Source: an uncultured Dehalococcoidaceae bacterium (GTDB lineage Bacteria > Chloroflexota > Dehalococcoidia > Dehalococcoidales > RBG-16-60-22). From it: DNA of 64,000 nucleotides. The position numbers and the translations under genes are program-made. The notes beneath the pieces are model-generated. The model was not told the origin of the DNA. It saw nothing but the letters and a program-made list of their open reading frames with translations, and ran no database searches. The stretch covers positions 70,588 to 134,587 of the forward strand of contig CAZBMB010000005.1 of the NCBI GenBank assembly GCA_964493435.1, written 5' to 3'. Shown here piece by piece: positions 10,495 to 19,420 of the stretch. Numbering within the stretch: the first letter of the stretch is position 1; the number at the start of each line of letters is the position of its first letter.

Positions 10495-10511
10495 ACAGAC
10501 GGAGAAACGCA

Positions 10512-11297
10512 ATGATAGACAGGAAGATTGTAAACGTCGGCATTACCGGCGCTGCCGGGCATATCGGCGCCACTTTAACGGAAGGGTTGCCCAGCAGTTA
10601 CCATCTCACCCTGTTTTATAACAAACGAGAGATAAAGCCTGAATTTGCCGACAAGCACAAAACGGTAAAGATTAACTTCTCCAAAGCGGAACAGGTCCAG
10701 GGCGCGTTCGAGGGGCTGGACGCGGTGGTTCACCTTGCCGCCGAACCGAAGACCGAGGCCGGCTGGGAGAGCGTCCTGCCCAATAACATCATCGCCGTGT
10801 ACAACGTATTTGAGGAGGCGGTACGAGCCGGCGTTCTGAAAATAATCTTCGCCAGCACCAATCACACGCAGCACGACCACGCCGGCAAGACACCGATGAC
10901 GATAGACCGCTTCTTCATACCGACCGTGGGGAGTGTAAAGTTAAGCGACCCACCAGCGCCAGATTCGTACTATGGCATCTCCAAGCTATTCGGCGAAAAT
11001 ATGGGCTGGTACTATTCCCGAAGATGTGGCATTCAATTTATTTCCCTGCGCATCGGGTCGACATTCCCTCAAGACGACCCTTCAATCTGGAAAGGCACGG
11101 AAAGAGAGGACCACGCGCGGGCTATATTCCTAAGCAAGCGGGACTGCGTTGGGGCTTTTGCCAGAGCCCTCGCAGTCAACGCTGACTTTTTGCTTGCCTA
11201 CGCCATCAGCAATAATGACCGCCGCTGGTTTGACCTGACCGAAACGAAAGAAAAACTCGGTTTTTACCCCGAGGATAACGCCGAAGATTACTTCTAA
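10512..11297 (+). CDS. NAD(P)-dependent epimerase/dehydratase-like (extended SDR) protein
   Basis: N-terminal Rossmann motif GITGAAGHIG and a YxxxK-like 'YGISK'. Substrate unknown. Confidence 0.65.
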   Translation: MIDRKIVNVGITGAAGHIGATLTEGLPSSYHLTLFYNKREIKPEFADKHKTVKINFSKAEQVQGAFEGLDAVVHLAAEPKTEAGWESVLPNNIIAVYNVFEEAVRAGVLKIIFASTNHTQHDHAGKTPMTIDRFFIPTVGSVKLSDPPAPDSYYGISKLFGENMGWYYSRRCGIQFISLRIGSTFPQDDPSIWKGTEREDHARAIFLSKRDCVGAFARALAVNADFLLAYAISNNDRRWFDLTETKEKLGFYPEDNAEDYF

Positions 11298-11320
11298 ATA
11301 TAAGATAGAGACCTGAAAAA

Positions 11321-11365
11321 GGAGTCGCCCCGCTGGTAAGGCAGGGCGACTCCGCTTTTCTTTTC
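11321..11365. terminator. Bidirectional rho-independent terminator between convergent genes
   Basis: 10-bp GC-rich stem GGAGTCGCCC (11321-11330) / GGGCGACTCC (11344-11353). It is followed by GCTTTTCTTTTC on the + strand and preceded by an A-run that serves the - strand. Confidence 0.6.
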
Positions 11366-11395
11366 TCTTCCCTTCTTGCAACAGGGCGAATCGGG

Positions 11396-11503
11396 CTAAT
11401 CCTCCCACTCTCCAACTTTCCCGATTCTAGAGAAGCAAAAGCCCAGACCACCAAGTAATATCAGCCAGATAACAATGGTGGAGATAATAGCTCCGGTTGT
11501 CAT
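11396..11503 (-). CDS. 35-aa single-TM small protein, MetS-like small subunit candidate of the NSS transporter (not in ORF track)
   Basis: The ATG lies 3 nt after the transporter stop, with GGAGGGGGTGA inside the transporter 3' end acting as RBS. Translation is MTTGAIISTIVIWLILLGGLGFCFSRIGKVGEWED: one hydrophobic helix plus a charged tail. Confidence 0.5.
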   Translation of the reverse strand: MTTGAIISTIVIWLILLGGLGFCFSRIGKVGEWED

Positions 11504-11506
11504 TTT

Positions 11507-13027
11507 CTACTCACCCCCTCCGGCAGTCTTGGTCTTGATACATGACAGTAAAATGCTGAATATCAGGGTTACACCGAGTATTATCCATATGATATGTGAG
11601 CCACCAAGTGCTCCGACCTGATATCCCTCATACTGCTCTGGAACGTCCTTCATAAAGCCACCGACGATCACCACAAATATCAGCCCGGCCGGTACTATCA
11701 ACCTGATAAACCAGTCCCACCAGGCGCCGATTCCGATATCTGAAGTCTCGTTGTTGTGCTCCCGTAGCTTCCCGGGGCCGAAAAACCAGCCGACAACCAG
11801 ACAGGATAGGGCACCGGTTATCAGCAGGCCATAGAAGGACACGGCGCGGTCGACTATATCCAGCCAGTACAGGCCGCCCTGAGCGGAGAAGATGAAGCCG
11901 CCAATCAGGAAACAGATTATGGTGACTATCAGGGAGGCTTTTATCCGGCTCAGACCGAATTTATCCATGAGCGGTACGACAACGCCTCCATAGGCAAGGA
12001 AATATGCCGACGTCGTGCCCAAGAAGAACAAGCAGAGGAAGAAGAGTATGCCCACCAGCGCATTGGCACCGGGCATCATTGACACCGCCACCGGATAGGT
12101 GACAAAGGCCAGACCCAATCCCGCAGCACTGACTTCACCAATCGGTATGTTCATTGCCTGCATGATGAAGCCAACAGTGCTGAAGACGGCAAAGCCAGCG
12201 AAGAAAGCTGTAGCGGAGTCAGAGAAAGAGGTGATAATGGCACTGTTATTGACATCAGCTTTTCGAGCTATGAAGCTGCCATAGGCAATCATACCAGCCA
12301 TACCCAGAGACAGGGTAAAGGCAATCTGGCTGAAAGCGGCAAACCAGACCTCCATATCACCGAGGACAGCAAAGTCAGGCGACAGATAGAAGTTCAGCCC
12401 GTCTACGGCGCCAGGTAGAGTGATGCCGCGCACAAACAGGACAATTAATAACAGCCAGGGCAGGATTACTAGGACAACGGAGACTTTGCCGATTACCCGG
12501 GCACCCCGGAACATAATCAGGAATATGACGAGCCAGACAAATGCCAGCAAGCCAAAGATAAACCATACCGGCGGACCGAGAATGGTTGGTCCGTCTGATA
12601 ACTGCAGAACAGTGCCGAAAAAGAAACCGCCGGCACCCTCAGCACCAGCCTGTCCCATACCCCATTCTACGGTAGCGGAACTGATGGCATAACGCAGTGA
12701 CCAGGCGATAACCACCGTATAATAGCAAACAATCAGGAAGGCAACCCATACCGGCCACCAGCCCAGCCATTCCCACTTCTTGCCGATACCTTCAAATGCC
12801 CCCGGAGCACCTCTCTGGAAATAGCGACCCATGCCAAATTCCATCATCATCCACGGGATGCCCATAACGAGAAGGCCGATGACATACGGAATCAGGAAGG
12901 TGCCACCACCATACTCGTAGGTGATGTAAGGGAAGCGCCAGACGTTACCCAGACCGATTGCCGAGCCTATGGCGGCAAAGATAAACGGTGCTCGACTGGT
13001 CCATCTCTCCCTAGTTTCTTCAGCCAA
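11507..13027 (-). CDS. Sodium-dependent transporter, neurotransmitter:sodium symporter (NSS/SNF) family
   Basis: NSS signature AIGSAIGLGNVWRFPY near the N-terminus and about 12 TM segments. TTG start with an AGGAAAGGAGGT RBS. Confidence 0.9.
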   Translation of the reverse strand: MAEETRERWTSRAPFIFAAIGSAIGLGNVWRFPYITYEYGGGTFLIPYVIGLLVMGIPWMMMEFGMGRYFQRGAPGAFEGIGKKWEWLGWWPVWVAFLIVCYYTVVIAWSLRYAISSATVEWGMGQAGAEGAGGFFFGTVLQLSDGPTILGPPVWFIFGLLAFVWLVIFLIMFRGARVIGKVSVVLVILPWLLLIVLFVRGITLPGAVDGLNFYLSPDFAVLGDMEVWFAAFSQIAFTLSLGMAGMIAYGSFIARKADVNNSAIITSFSDSATAFFAGFAVFSTVGFIMQAMNIPIGEVSAAGLGLAFVTYPVAVSMMPGANALVGILFFLCLFFLGTTSAYFLAYGGVVVPLMDKFGLSRIKASLIVTIICFLIGGFIFSAQGGLYWLDIVDRAVSFYGLLITGALSCLVVGWFFGPGKLREHNNETSDIGIGAWWDWFIRLIVPAGLIFVVIVGGFMKDVPEQYEGYQVGALGGSHIIWIILGVTLIFSILLSCIKTKTAGGGE

Positions 13028-13171
13028 TTAAATGACCTCCTTTCCTGAAAATAGGTCTTGCGGAATTCTTAAAGTGTAACTGATTGGCACCTCCTTCATC
13101 ACGAGCACTCGTGATTTTATATTTCCGAAGGAGTGACAGCGGGTATACATAAAATCTCTTGTTAGCTGAAG

Positions 13172-13200
13172 ATTTTACACGGGAAAGCAAGCATTGTCAA
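13172..13200 (-). promoter_or_regulatory. Sigma70-type promoter for the NSS transporter
   Basis: On the minus strand: TTGACA (complement of 13195-13200), 17 nt, TAAAAT (complement of 13172-13177). Confidence 0.5.
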
Positions 13201-13219
13201 TAGGTATGTCGGAAATATA

Positions 13220-13248
13220 TTGACAATGCGAGGTAAAAATGATTAAAT
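13220..13248 (+). promoter_or_regulatory. Sigma70-type promoter driving the unassigned RNA
   Basis: TTGACA (13220-13225), 17 nt, TTAAAT (13243-13248), back-to-back with the minus-strand promoter. Confidence 0.45.
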
Positions 13249-13254
13249 ATTATA

Positions 13255-13514
13255 TAGAAGCTCGTGGCTCCCGAATCTGAATTTGGAGGAGGTGACGCTA
13301 TGAGGCTTCACGGGATACTAGGGGTATGGCAGGTGGACAGTTGAGGCCCTGCCTGGTTGCAGGGCGGATGGACCTCAAACCCGGCTTGAGTTAGTAATAC
13401 AGAGGTCAGTCTCGGATAAGAGAGACCACATCCGGTGATGTTAACCGGGAATAAGCTGGGTTGGAGATGAAAAGCAAGGGCTGGAGGGCATCTTCCGATG
13501 CCCTCCTTATTTAT
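13255..13514 (+). ncRNA. Unassigned structured RNA candidate (promoter-to-terminator unit, about 255 nt)
   Basis: Nested helices: GCCCTGC 13346-13352 / GCAGGGC 13359-13365; TTGAG / CTCAA enclosing that hairpin; ACCCGGCTT 13379-13387 / AAGCTGGGT 13453-13461. Ends in an intrinsic terminator GGAGGGCAT / ATGCCCTCC + TTATTTAT (13483-13514). I could not match it to a known family by eye. Confidence 0.35.
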
Positions 13515-13543
13515 GAACAATAACAACCGCCTCCCTGTTCTTC

Positions 13544-13573
13544 TTGACACTTTGTCCTGGTAAAACCTACAAT
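13544..13573 (+). promoter_or_regulatory. Candidate promoter of rpe
   Basis: TTGACA (13544-13549), 18 nt, TACAAT (13568-13573), about 30 nt upstream of the rpe start. Confidence 0.4.
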
Positions 13574-13608
13574 TACTGCGGTCAATTACCCTGTTAATCG
13601 GATTGCTA

Positions 13609-14256
13609 ATGAGCAGAAACATACGAGTTGTGCCGGCCATTCTTACCGAAGACCCCCTGGCCCTGGAGAAGATGCTCCATCAGGCAGCAAGTTTCACTGA
13701 CTATGTCCAGATTGATATTATGGATGGCAAGTTTGTCCCTTCGCAGAGCATTAACCGGAAACATATCGCCGGCCTGCCCGTCAAGCTGAAATGGGAAGCC
13801 CACCTGATGGTGTTGAACCCTGAAGAATACGCGGATGGTTTCAAGAAAGCCGGCGCCAGCAAGATTGTTTTTCACCACGAAGCCACCACCTCTCCGCAGC
13901 AGGTGATTTCCCGAATCAGAAAACTGGAGCTCAAGATCGGGCTGGCCATCAACCCCGAGACTCCCGTATCCGCCATCGCACCCTATATCGGTGAAATTGA
14001 CAGCGTTCTACTGCTTACCGTAACGCCGGGTTTCTATGGCAGCAAATTCATCCCTGAGGTAATGGACAAGGTGGCTGAACTGCGCAAAATTCGACCTGGT
14101 ATTGAAATCGGTGTTGACGGTGGCATTAAAGAAGGCAACATCAGGGAAGTGGCCAGCGCCGGTGTTGATTATGTCTGCGTGGGCAGCGCCGTTTTCCTGC
14201 AACCGGACCCGGCGGCAAGTTATCGCCATTTGCAGTCGCTGATTCAGCAGAACTGA
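13609..14256 (+). CDS. rpe: Ribulose-phosphate 3-epimerase
   Basis: Contains DYVQIDIMDGKFVPS and HLMV motifs with a TIM-barrel length. An alternative TTG start lies at 13603. Confidence 0.9.
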   Translation: MSRNIRVVPAILTEDPLALEKMLHQAASFTDYVQIDIMDGKFVPSQSINRKHIAGLPVKLKWEAHLMVLNPEEYADGFKKAGASKIVFHHEATTSPQQVISRIRKLELKIGLAINPETPVSAIAPYIGEIDSVLLLTVTPGFYGSKFIPEVMDKVAELRKIRPGIEIGVDGGIKEGNIREVASAGVDYVCVGSAVFLQPDPAASYRHLQSLIQQN

Positions 14257-14304
14257 CACTCCAACGGGGATTTTATTTTATTCCCCGCTTTCCGCACCCG
14301 CGAA

Positions 14305-15906
14305 CTACTTCAAATCAGCTACCATTTTTTCAAAGGCAGCCGTATCCCCCGCACCAAGTTGAACTCTGACCACGCGTCTCTCCAGCGACTTCAAGGTCTG
14401 CAGGTCGCCGAGGGCCTGCGCATCCGCCAGAATATCAAATGTATACGGGACCCCGGGAACCGGTATCTTATGCTGATGGGCCATGGTCACCTGAAGAAAA
14501 AGCCCTTTATTGGGGCCCCCTTTATGCAGCTGCCCGGTGGAATGCAGCAAACGCGGCCCGTAATTAGCCGTAGTGGCGATGCGCTGCTTCATCATCACCT
14601 TGCGGCGCAATTCGGCACATGCCTTTTCCAGTTCCGGCAGCCGTTTGGTATAGGCCATGATGGCCAGATAATCGCCCTGCCCGCCTTCTGCCAGCAATTC
14701 GGCAATTGAATCAGAAATTTCCAGAGATGGCAGGCGCTCTGTGTCCTGAAATTCCTGCAGGACTCGCCCGGTGGCATCTTTAGCCGCCTGCACATTTGGC
14801 TGGTCAAACGGATTTATGCCCAGCACCGCGCCGGAAATAGCCGTGGCGAACTCCCAGCGGAAGAACTCGGCACCGATATCAAACCTGTCTTTCAACTCCA
14901 GATTAACGACGGGCAGCCCTGAAGTTGTCAGGCGTTCTATGGCGCGGTCTGTATCGCCATTATCATCGTCCTTGAGTCGGAGGTAAACGAAGATGCGGTC
15001 ATCGCCATAGTGCTCGGCAGCCAGCAACGGCTCGCACATAACGGGAATGATTCCGGTTCCCTCTTTACCGGTGCTCTCGGCGATTAGCTGTTCCAGCCAC
15101 AGTCCGAAGCTGCTTATCGAAGGCGAAGTTACCAGCGTTAATTTATCTCTTCCCTGCCGGGCACAGGTGCTCATCAATGCGCCGAGCCAAGCACCAGGGT
15201 TTCCCTCAGGAGGCACATCAGCGTCGCACTGTCGTTTCATAGATTCGGCGCGCTTGATAATAGATATTATGTCAACTCCTGCCAGCGCCGCCGGCACCAG
15301 CCCGAAGTAAGACAGTACTGAATAGCGTCCCCCAACGTCCTCCGGGTTCAGAAAAGCACGGCGGAACCCTGTCTCTTCTGCAAGCCTGGCTAATGATGAG
15401 CCGGCGTCAGTGATGGCCACAAAGTTCTGCCCAGCCCTTTCCCTGCCCAACGACTGCTCCACCAGTCCACGGAAGTATTTATAAAATGTGCTCGTCTCAA
15501 TGGTCCCGCCTGATTTGGATGAGACCAGAAATATAGTATGCGCCGGGTCGATTGCTTCCGTTACCTCTGCCACCCAGCCAGGCACAGTGGAGTCCAGCAC
15601 CCTGAAATCGGGATATCCTTCGGCTTTATCAAGCGTGTCGTACAGCACTTCAGCGCCCAGGCTGGCGCCACCCATGCCTAAAAGCACCACGTGTTTGAAC
15701 CCGGCATCGCGCACTTCCTCGGCAAACGACTGTAATGCTGGCACTTTTTCTGGCATCGTTTCGGGAAGGTCCAGCCAACCGAGTCGATTGACAATTTCTT
15801 TCGGCTCCGGCTTCCAGACCGTGTGGTCCTTCCGCCAGAGACGTGTCACGATATCCTTCTGTTTGAAATCATTGAGCGTTTCGGCAACCGCCGGGAAATC
15901 CGTCAT
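14305..15906 (-). CDS. pgi: Glucose-6-phosphate isomerase
   Basis: 533 aa with an SIS-type LGMGGASLG motif. Located in the pentose-phosphate cluster. Confidence 0.8.
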   Translation of the reverse strand: MTDFPAVAETLNDFKQKDIVTRLWRKDHTVWKPEPKEIVNRLGWLDLPETMPEKVPALQSFAEEVRDAGFKHVVLLGMGGASLGAEVLYDTLDKAEGYPDFRVLDSTVPGWVAEVTEAIDPAHTIFLVSSKSGGTIETSTFYKYFRGLVEQSLGRERAGQNFVAITDAGSSLARLAEETGFRRAFLNPEDVGGRYSVLSYFGLVPAALAGVDIISIIKRAESMKRQCDADVPPEGNPGAWLGALMSTCARQGRDKLTLVTSPSISSFGLWLEQLIAESTGKEGTGIIPVMCEPLLAAEHYGDDRIFVYLRLKDDDNGDTDRAIERLTTSGLPVVNLELKDRFDIGAEFFRWEFATAISGAVLGINPFDQPNVQAAKDATGRVLQEFQDTERLPSLEISDSIAELLAEGGQGDYLAIMAYTKRLPELEKACAELRRKVMMKQRIATTANYGPRLLHSTGQLHKGGPNKGLFLQVTMAHQHKIPVPGVPYTFDILADAQALGDLQTLKSLERRVVRVQLGAGDTAAFEKMVADLK

Positions 15907-15917
15907 TGTAATCTCTC

Positions 15918-16394
15918 TTAGCCACCTTTCTTCTTGACCATGTTTCGCGATTCAATATCCAGCACTTTTTGCAGGCGTCGTTTGAAGCGCTCTTCACTTA
16001 AAAATTCGGCTTTCAGAAAAGCATCGACCACCTCTCTGGCCAGTGCTCCCCCCACCACCCTTGCCCCAAGGCAGAGAATATTCATATCATCGTGCTCAAC
16101 ACCTTGATGCGCTGAATAGGTATCATGGCAGGGGCAGGCACGTACTCCCGGTACTTTATTGGCCACAATGCAGGCGCCGATACCACTGCCGCAGATAATG
16201 ATACCGCGCGGCGCTTTCCCCGAAGCCACCGCCTCAGCAACGGCCAGCGCATAATCAGGATAGTCATCGGTCGGGACAAGTGTTTCGGCACCCAGGTCCA
16301 GCACGTCATACCCGTTTTCCCGCAGCCAGGGCACGAGCTCGGCTTTCAATGGAAAGCCACCATGGTCAGCCCCTATAGCAACTCGCAGCGTCAT
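15918..16394 (-). CDS. rpiB: Ribose-5-phosphate isomerase B
   Basis: Contains [11 protein letters not shown] and ICGSGIGA motifs, about 158 aa. Confidence 0.9.
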   Translation of the reverse strand: MTLRVAIGADHGGFPLKAELVPWLRENGYDVLDLGAETLVPTDDYPDYALAVAEAVASGKAPRGIIICGSGIGACIVANKVPGVRACPCHDTYSAHQGVEHDDMNILCLGARVVGGALAREVVDAFLKAEFLSEERFKRRLQKVLDIESRNMVKKKGG

Positions 16395-18409
16395 TTCTTA
16401 CCTCCTCGCAGCATTTTCTCAGCTTCATCAGCCACATGCTCGACGGTCAGGCCCAGTTTTTCGTAGATTACCTTGCCCGGAGCGGACGAGCCGAAATAAG
16501 GGATGCCGATAATAACCCCGCTATCGCCGACATATCTCTCCCATCCCAGCGGACTGCCCGCCTCAATTGATATGCGAGCTTTTACACCCTTGGGCAATAC
16601 TTTTTCACGATACTCCGCCGGCTGGGCATTAAATAACTCCCATGACGGTAACGACACGATGCGCGCTTTGATACCCTTTTCCTGCAATAATCTGCCGGCA
16701 TCCAGTGCGATATGCACTTCCGAACCGGTGCCCATGATAATCACTTCCGGATTCGCTGCTGCCTCCCACAATATGTAGCCTCCCCGCTGGACACCGCTGG
16801 CTTCAAATAAAGTTTTACGGTCAAGCAGCGGCAGGTTCTGGCGACTGAACACCAGCGCCGTCGGGCCGTCACGTCGTTGCAGGGCTATCTTCCACGCCTC
16901 TACGGTCTCATTGGCATCAGCGGGGCGGATGGTAACCAGATTAGGGACCGACCTCAGGCCGACGAGTTGTTCTATGGGCTGGTGGGTCGGCCCGTCCTCC
17001 CCGACCCCCACCGAGTCATGAGAGAAAACATAAATCACCCTGAGCCTCATCATGGCGGCAAGACGCACCGGCGGCCGCATATAGTCGTAAAAAACGAGAA
17101 ATGTACCGGTATACGGGATAACACCGCCGTGAAGAGCCATACCGCTGGCGACGGCGCCCATGGCGTGTTCCCTGACACCAAAATGCAGGTTGCGGCCACC
17201 GTAATCAGCCGGGCTGTAATCACCACCGTCTTTTAAACTCGTCTTCGTCGACGGGGCCAGGTCAGCCGAGCCACCGACCAGGGAACGTATTTTGGGAGCC
17301 AGGTCATTCAGCACCAGCCCCGAGGCCGACCGGGTGGCCATTGGCTTGGTTTCATCCTTGAATAAATTATCCAGGCCGGTATCCCAGCCTGCCGGAAGGT
17401 CGCCGCGCAGTTCTTCTTCCAGACATACTGCATCATCGGGATAAACCTCACCGTATGCCTCCAGCCTTTTCTGCCATTCAGTCTGCTGCTTTTTACCTCT
17501 CTCCTGCGCTTTTCTCAGGTGATTCAGCGCTTCTGAAGGCACGGTGAACGGCTCTGCGTATTCCCAGCCCAGCTGTTTTTTGGTCAGCGGCACCTCTTCC
17601 TCGCCAAGCGGCTCGCCGTGTGCTGACGCCTTACCGGCTTTATTCGGGCTGCCATAGCCGATAACGGTCCGACAGATAATCAGGCTGGGGTGTTCTTTGC
17701 CCGCCTGTGCCTCGCGTAGCGCATCTGCAACGCTGGCAATATCAAAACCATCAATCGGTCCGACAACCTGCCAGCCATAAGCCTGAAAACGCTGCGCAAC
17801 ATCCTCGGTGAAGGTAATATCGGTCTTGCCCTCAATTGAGATGCCGTTATCGTCGTAGAGATAGATGAGCTTGCCCAGACGCAGGTTCCCTGCCATGGAA
17901 GCCGCTTCCGAAGCAATGCCCTCCTCAAGGTCGCCATCAGAGACAATGGCATAGGTATAATGATTGATGATTTCATGGCCCGGCCGATTGTAGTTCGCTG
18001 CCAGCCAGCGCTCGGCTATGGCCATGCCCACACCATTGGCGAACCCCTGCCCAAGCGGGCCGGTGGTTACCTCAAGACCGGGAACTGTCCTGTACTCGGG
18101 GTGGCCGGGCGTCTTGCTGCCCCACTGGCGGAACTGCTTGAGGTCCTCCAGCGAAAGGCCATAACCGGTCAGGTGCAGCAGCGCGTAAAGCATCGCCGAG
18201 GCGTGGCCGCAGGAGAGGATGAAGCGGTCGCGGTCCGGCCACTTCGGGTCCTCCGGGTTATGTTTGAGAAATCGGTCCCACAGGACATAAGCCATTGGGG
18301 CTATGCCCAGGGGTGCTCCGGGATGGCCGGAATTGGCCTGCTGTACCGCATCAACTGCCAGAAACCGTATCGTGTTGATGCAGAGCTCGTCAAGCCTGGG
18401 ATTGCTCAC
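16391..18409 (-). CDS. tkt: Transketolase
   Basis: 672 aa with SGHPGAPLG and the thiamine-diphosphate motif [16 protein letters not shown] start with a GGAGGAATAAACC RBS. Confidence 0.95.
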   Translation of the reverse strand: MSNPRLDELCINTIRFLAVDAVQQANSGHPGAPLGIAPMAYVLWDRFLKHNPEDPKWPDRDRFILSCGHASAMLYALLHLTGYGLSLEDLKQFRQWGSKTPGHPEYRTVPGLEVTTGPLGQGFANGVGMAIAERWLAANYNRPGHEIINHYTYAIVSDGDLEEGIASEAASMAGNLRLGKLIYLYDDNGISIEGKTDITFTEDVAQRFQAYGWQVVGPIDGFDIASVADALREAQAGKEHPSLIICRTVIGYGSPNKAGKASAHGEPLGEEEVPLTKKQLGWEYAEPFTVPSEALNHLRKAQERGKKQQTEWQKRLEAYGEVYPDDAVCLEEELRGDLPAGWDTGLDNLFKDETKPMATRSASGLVLNDLAPKIRSLVGGSADLAPSTKTSLKDGGDYSPADYGGRNLHFGVREHAMGAVASGMALHGGVIPYTGTFLVFYDYMRPPVRLAAMMRLRVIYVFSHDSVGVGEDGPTHQPIEQLVGLRSVPNLVTIRPADANETVEAWKIALQRRDGPTALVFSRQNLPLLDRKTLFEASGVQRGGYILWEAAANPEVIIMGTGSEVHIALDAGRLLQEKGIKARIVSLPSWELFNAQPAEYREKVLPKGVKARISIEAGSPLGWERYVGDSGVIIGIPYFGSSAPGKVIYEKLGLTVEHVADEAEKMLRGGKK

Positions 18410-18433
18410 GGTTTATTCCTCCAGCTCCCGGAA

Positions 18434-18463
18434 TGAAAAAATGGCAGGTGGTTTTCTGCCATT
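18434..18463 (-). terminator. Rho-independent terminator after the ccdA/resA/small-protein unit
   Basis: On the minus strand: AATGGCAG / CTGCCATT 8-bp stem with an 8-nt loop, followed by TTTTTT. Confidence 0.5.
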
Positions 18464-18538
18464 CTACACTGACAGACACCGTTTTTCAATCGGAAGAAAG
18501 ATGGAGGAACGCCAGGTGGTCAAATCGAGATAATGGGA

Positions 18539-18847
18539 CTAACTCTCTGCTTCGCCCCACTTCTGCATGATTTCTTTCAGGCGTTGCGCCAGCTTGGGGT
18601 TGTCACGCAGGCGGGCAATAAAAACGGGACAGCCTTCAAGCAAAGAGTTCTGCGCTGCCGTGGCCATACTGGATAAAAGGTTCTGCATGCCCAGGTCAGC
18701 CGGCTGGGAAACGTTTATCCCCGGCGCCGATTCCAGCTGCCGGCGTATATCTTCAGCGGTGAAACGCATTGGTGTGACGCAGGCCTTGTACCAGGGACAC
18801 TCCTTGCACTGGACTATACCGTAAGCCTCATCTATAACATCGTCCAT
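18539..18847 (-). CDS. Hypothetical small Cys-containing protein (102 aa)
   Basis: ATG at 18847 is preceded by GGAG with a 7-nt spacer. Contains a CKECPWYKAC motif plus one further Cys. I recognise no family. Confidence 0.5.
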   Translation of the reverse strand: MDDVIDEAYGIVQCKECPWYKACVTPMRFTAEDIRRQLESAPGINVSQPADLGMQNLLSSMATAAQNSLLEGCPVFIARLRDNPKLAQRLKEIMQKWGEAES

Positions 18848-18875
18848 CTTAAATCTCCGCTCTTCATTATAGCAA

Positions 18876-19400
18876 TTACGGCATGATTTTGGCCAGCTTC
18901 GACTCAATTTCCCCTGCCGTGAGAAAGGCGCCGATTTTAATATCGCGTATCACGCCATCGGCATCAATGAAGAACGTGGCCGGTATGCCGCGTACATTGT
19001 AGGCAAGAGGAGCTTCACTGCCCGGAGACAGCAATATCGGAAAGGTGTAACCGGCATCTGCAATGAATTCTTTCACCTTGGCCGGGTCTTCCTGGAGATT
19101 TACCGCTAAAAACACCAGCCCCTGACCGGTCCATTTTTCGTACATGTCCTGCAGCAATGGCATTTCTATACGACACGGACCGCACCAGGTGGCCCAGAAA
19201 TTGAGCAGGACCGGCTGGCCGCGAAAACCGCTGAGCGATACCTCCTGCCCATCCAGTCCGGTTAAAGTAAAGTCCGGCGCCAGCTTGCCCACCTCCGGCC
19301 CCTGATCCGTCGCCGAACCGGTACAGCCGGGCAATAACACGCCTGAGAATGCCAACACTGGAATCAGCGCCATCGCGATTATTTTTAAAACCTTATTCAC
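18876..19400 (-). CDS. TlpA/ResA-like thiol:disulfide oxidoreductase lipoprotein
   Basis: Thioredoxin motif WATWCGPC and a signal peptide with lipobox LLPGC. GTG at 19400 has the best spacing to the GGAGG RBS; the track start at 19445 is further upstream. Confidence 0.85.
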   Translation of the reverse strand: MNKVLKIIAMALIPVLAFSGVLLPGCTGSATDQGPEVGKLAPDFTLTGLDGQEVSLSGFRGQPVLLNFWATWCGPCRIEMPLLQDMYEKWTGQGLVFLAVNLQEDPAKVKEFIADAGYTFPILLSPGSEAPLAYNVRGIPATFFIDADGVIRDIKIGAFLTAGEIESKLAKIMP

Positions 19401-19420
19401 CATAACCTCCATGCCTGACA

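Noticed and set aside
13316-13466. Faint resemblance of the unassigned RNA to ykkC-type (guanidine/PRPP/ppGpp) riboswitches (CTAGGGG..., GGTCAG...GAGAG, GGGAATAAGCTGGGTTGGAGA)
   Set aside because: The similarity covers only short, imperfect strings, and the spacing is ~50 nt longer than the ykkC scaffold as I recall it. It is not supportable without a covariance-model scan.
13308-13640. 110-aa minus-strand ORF in the transporter/rpe intergenic region
   Set aside because: It has no RBS, overlaps the rpe start and runs antisense through the terminator hairpin and structured region. The plus-strand RNA unit explains this region better.
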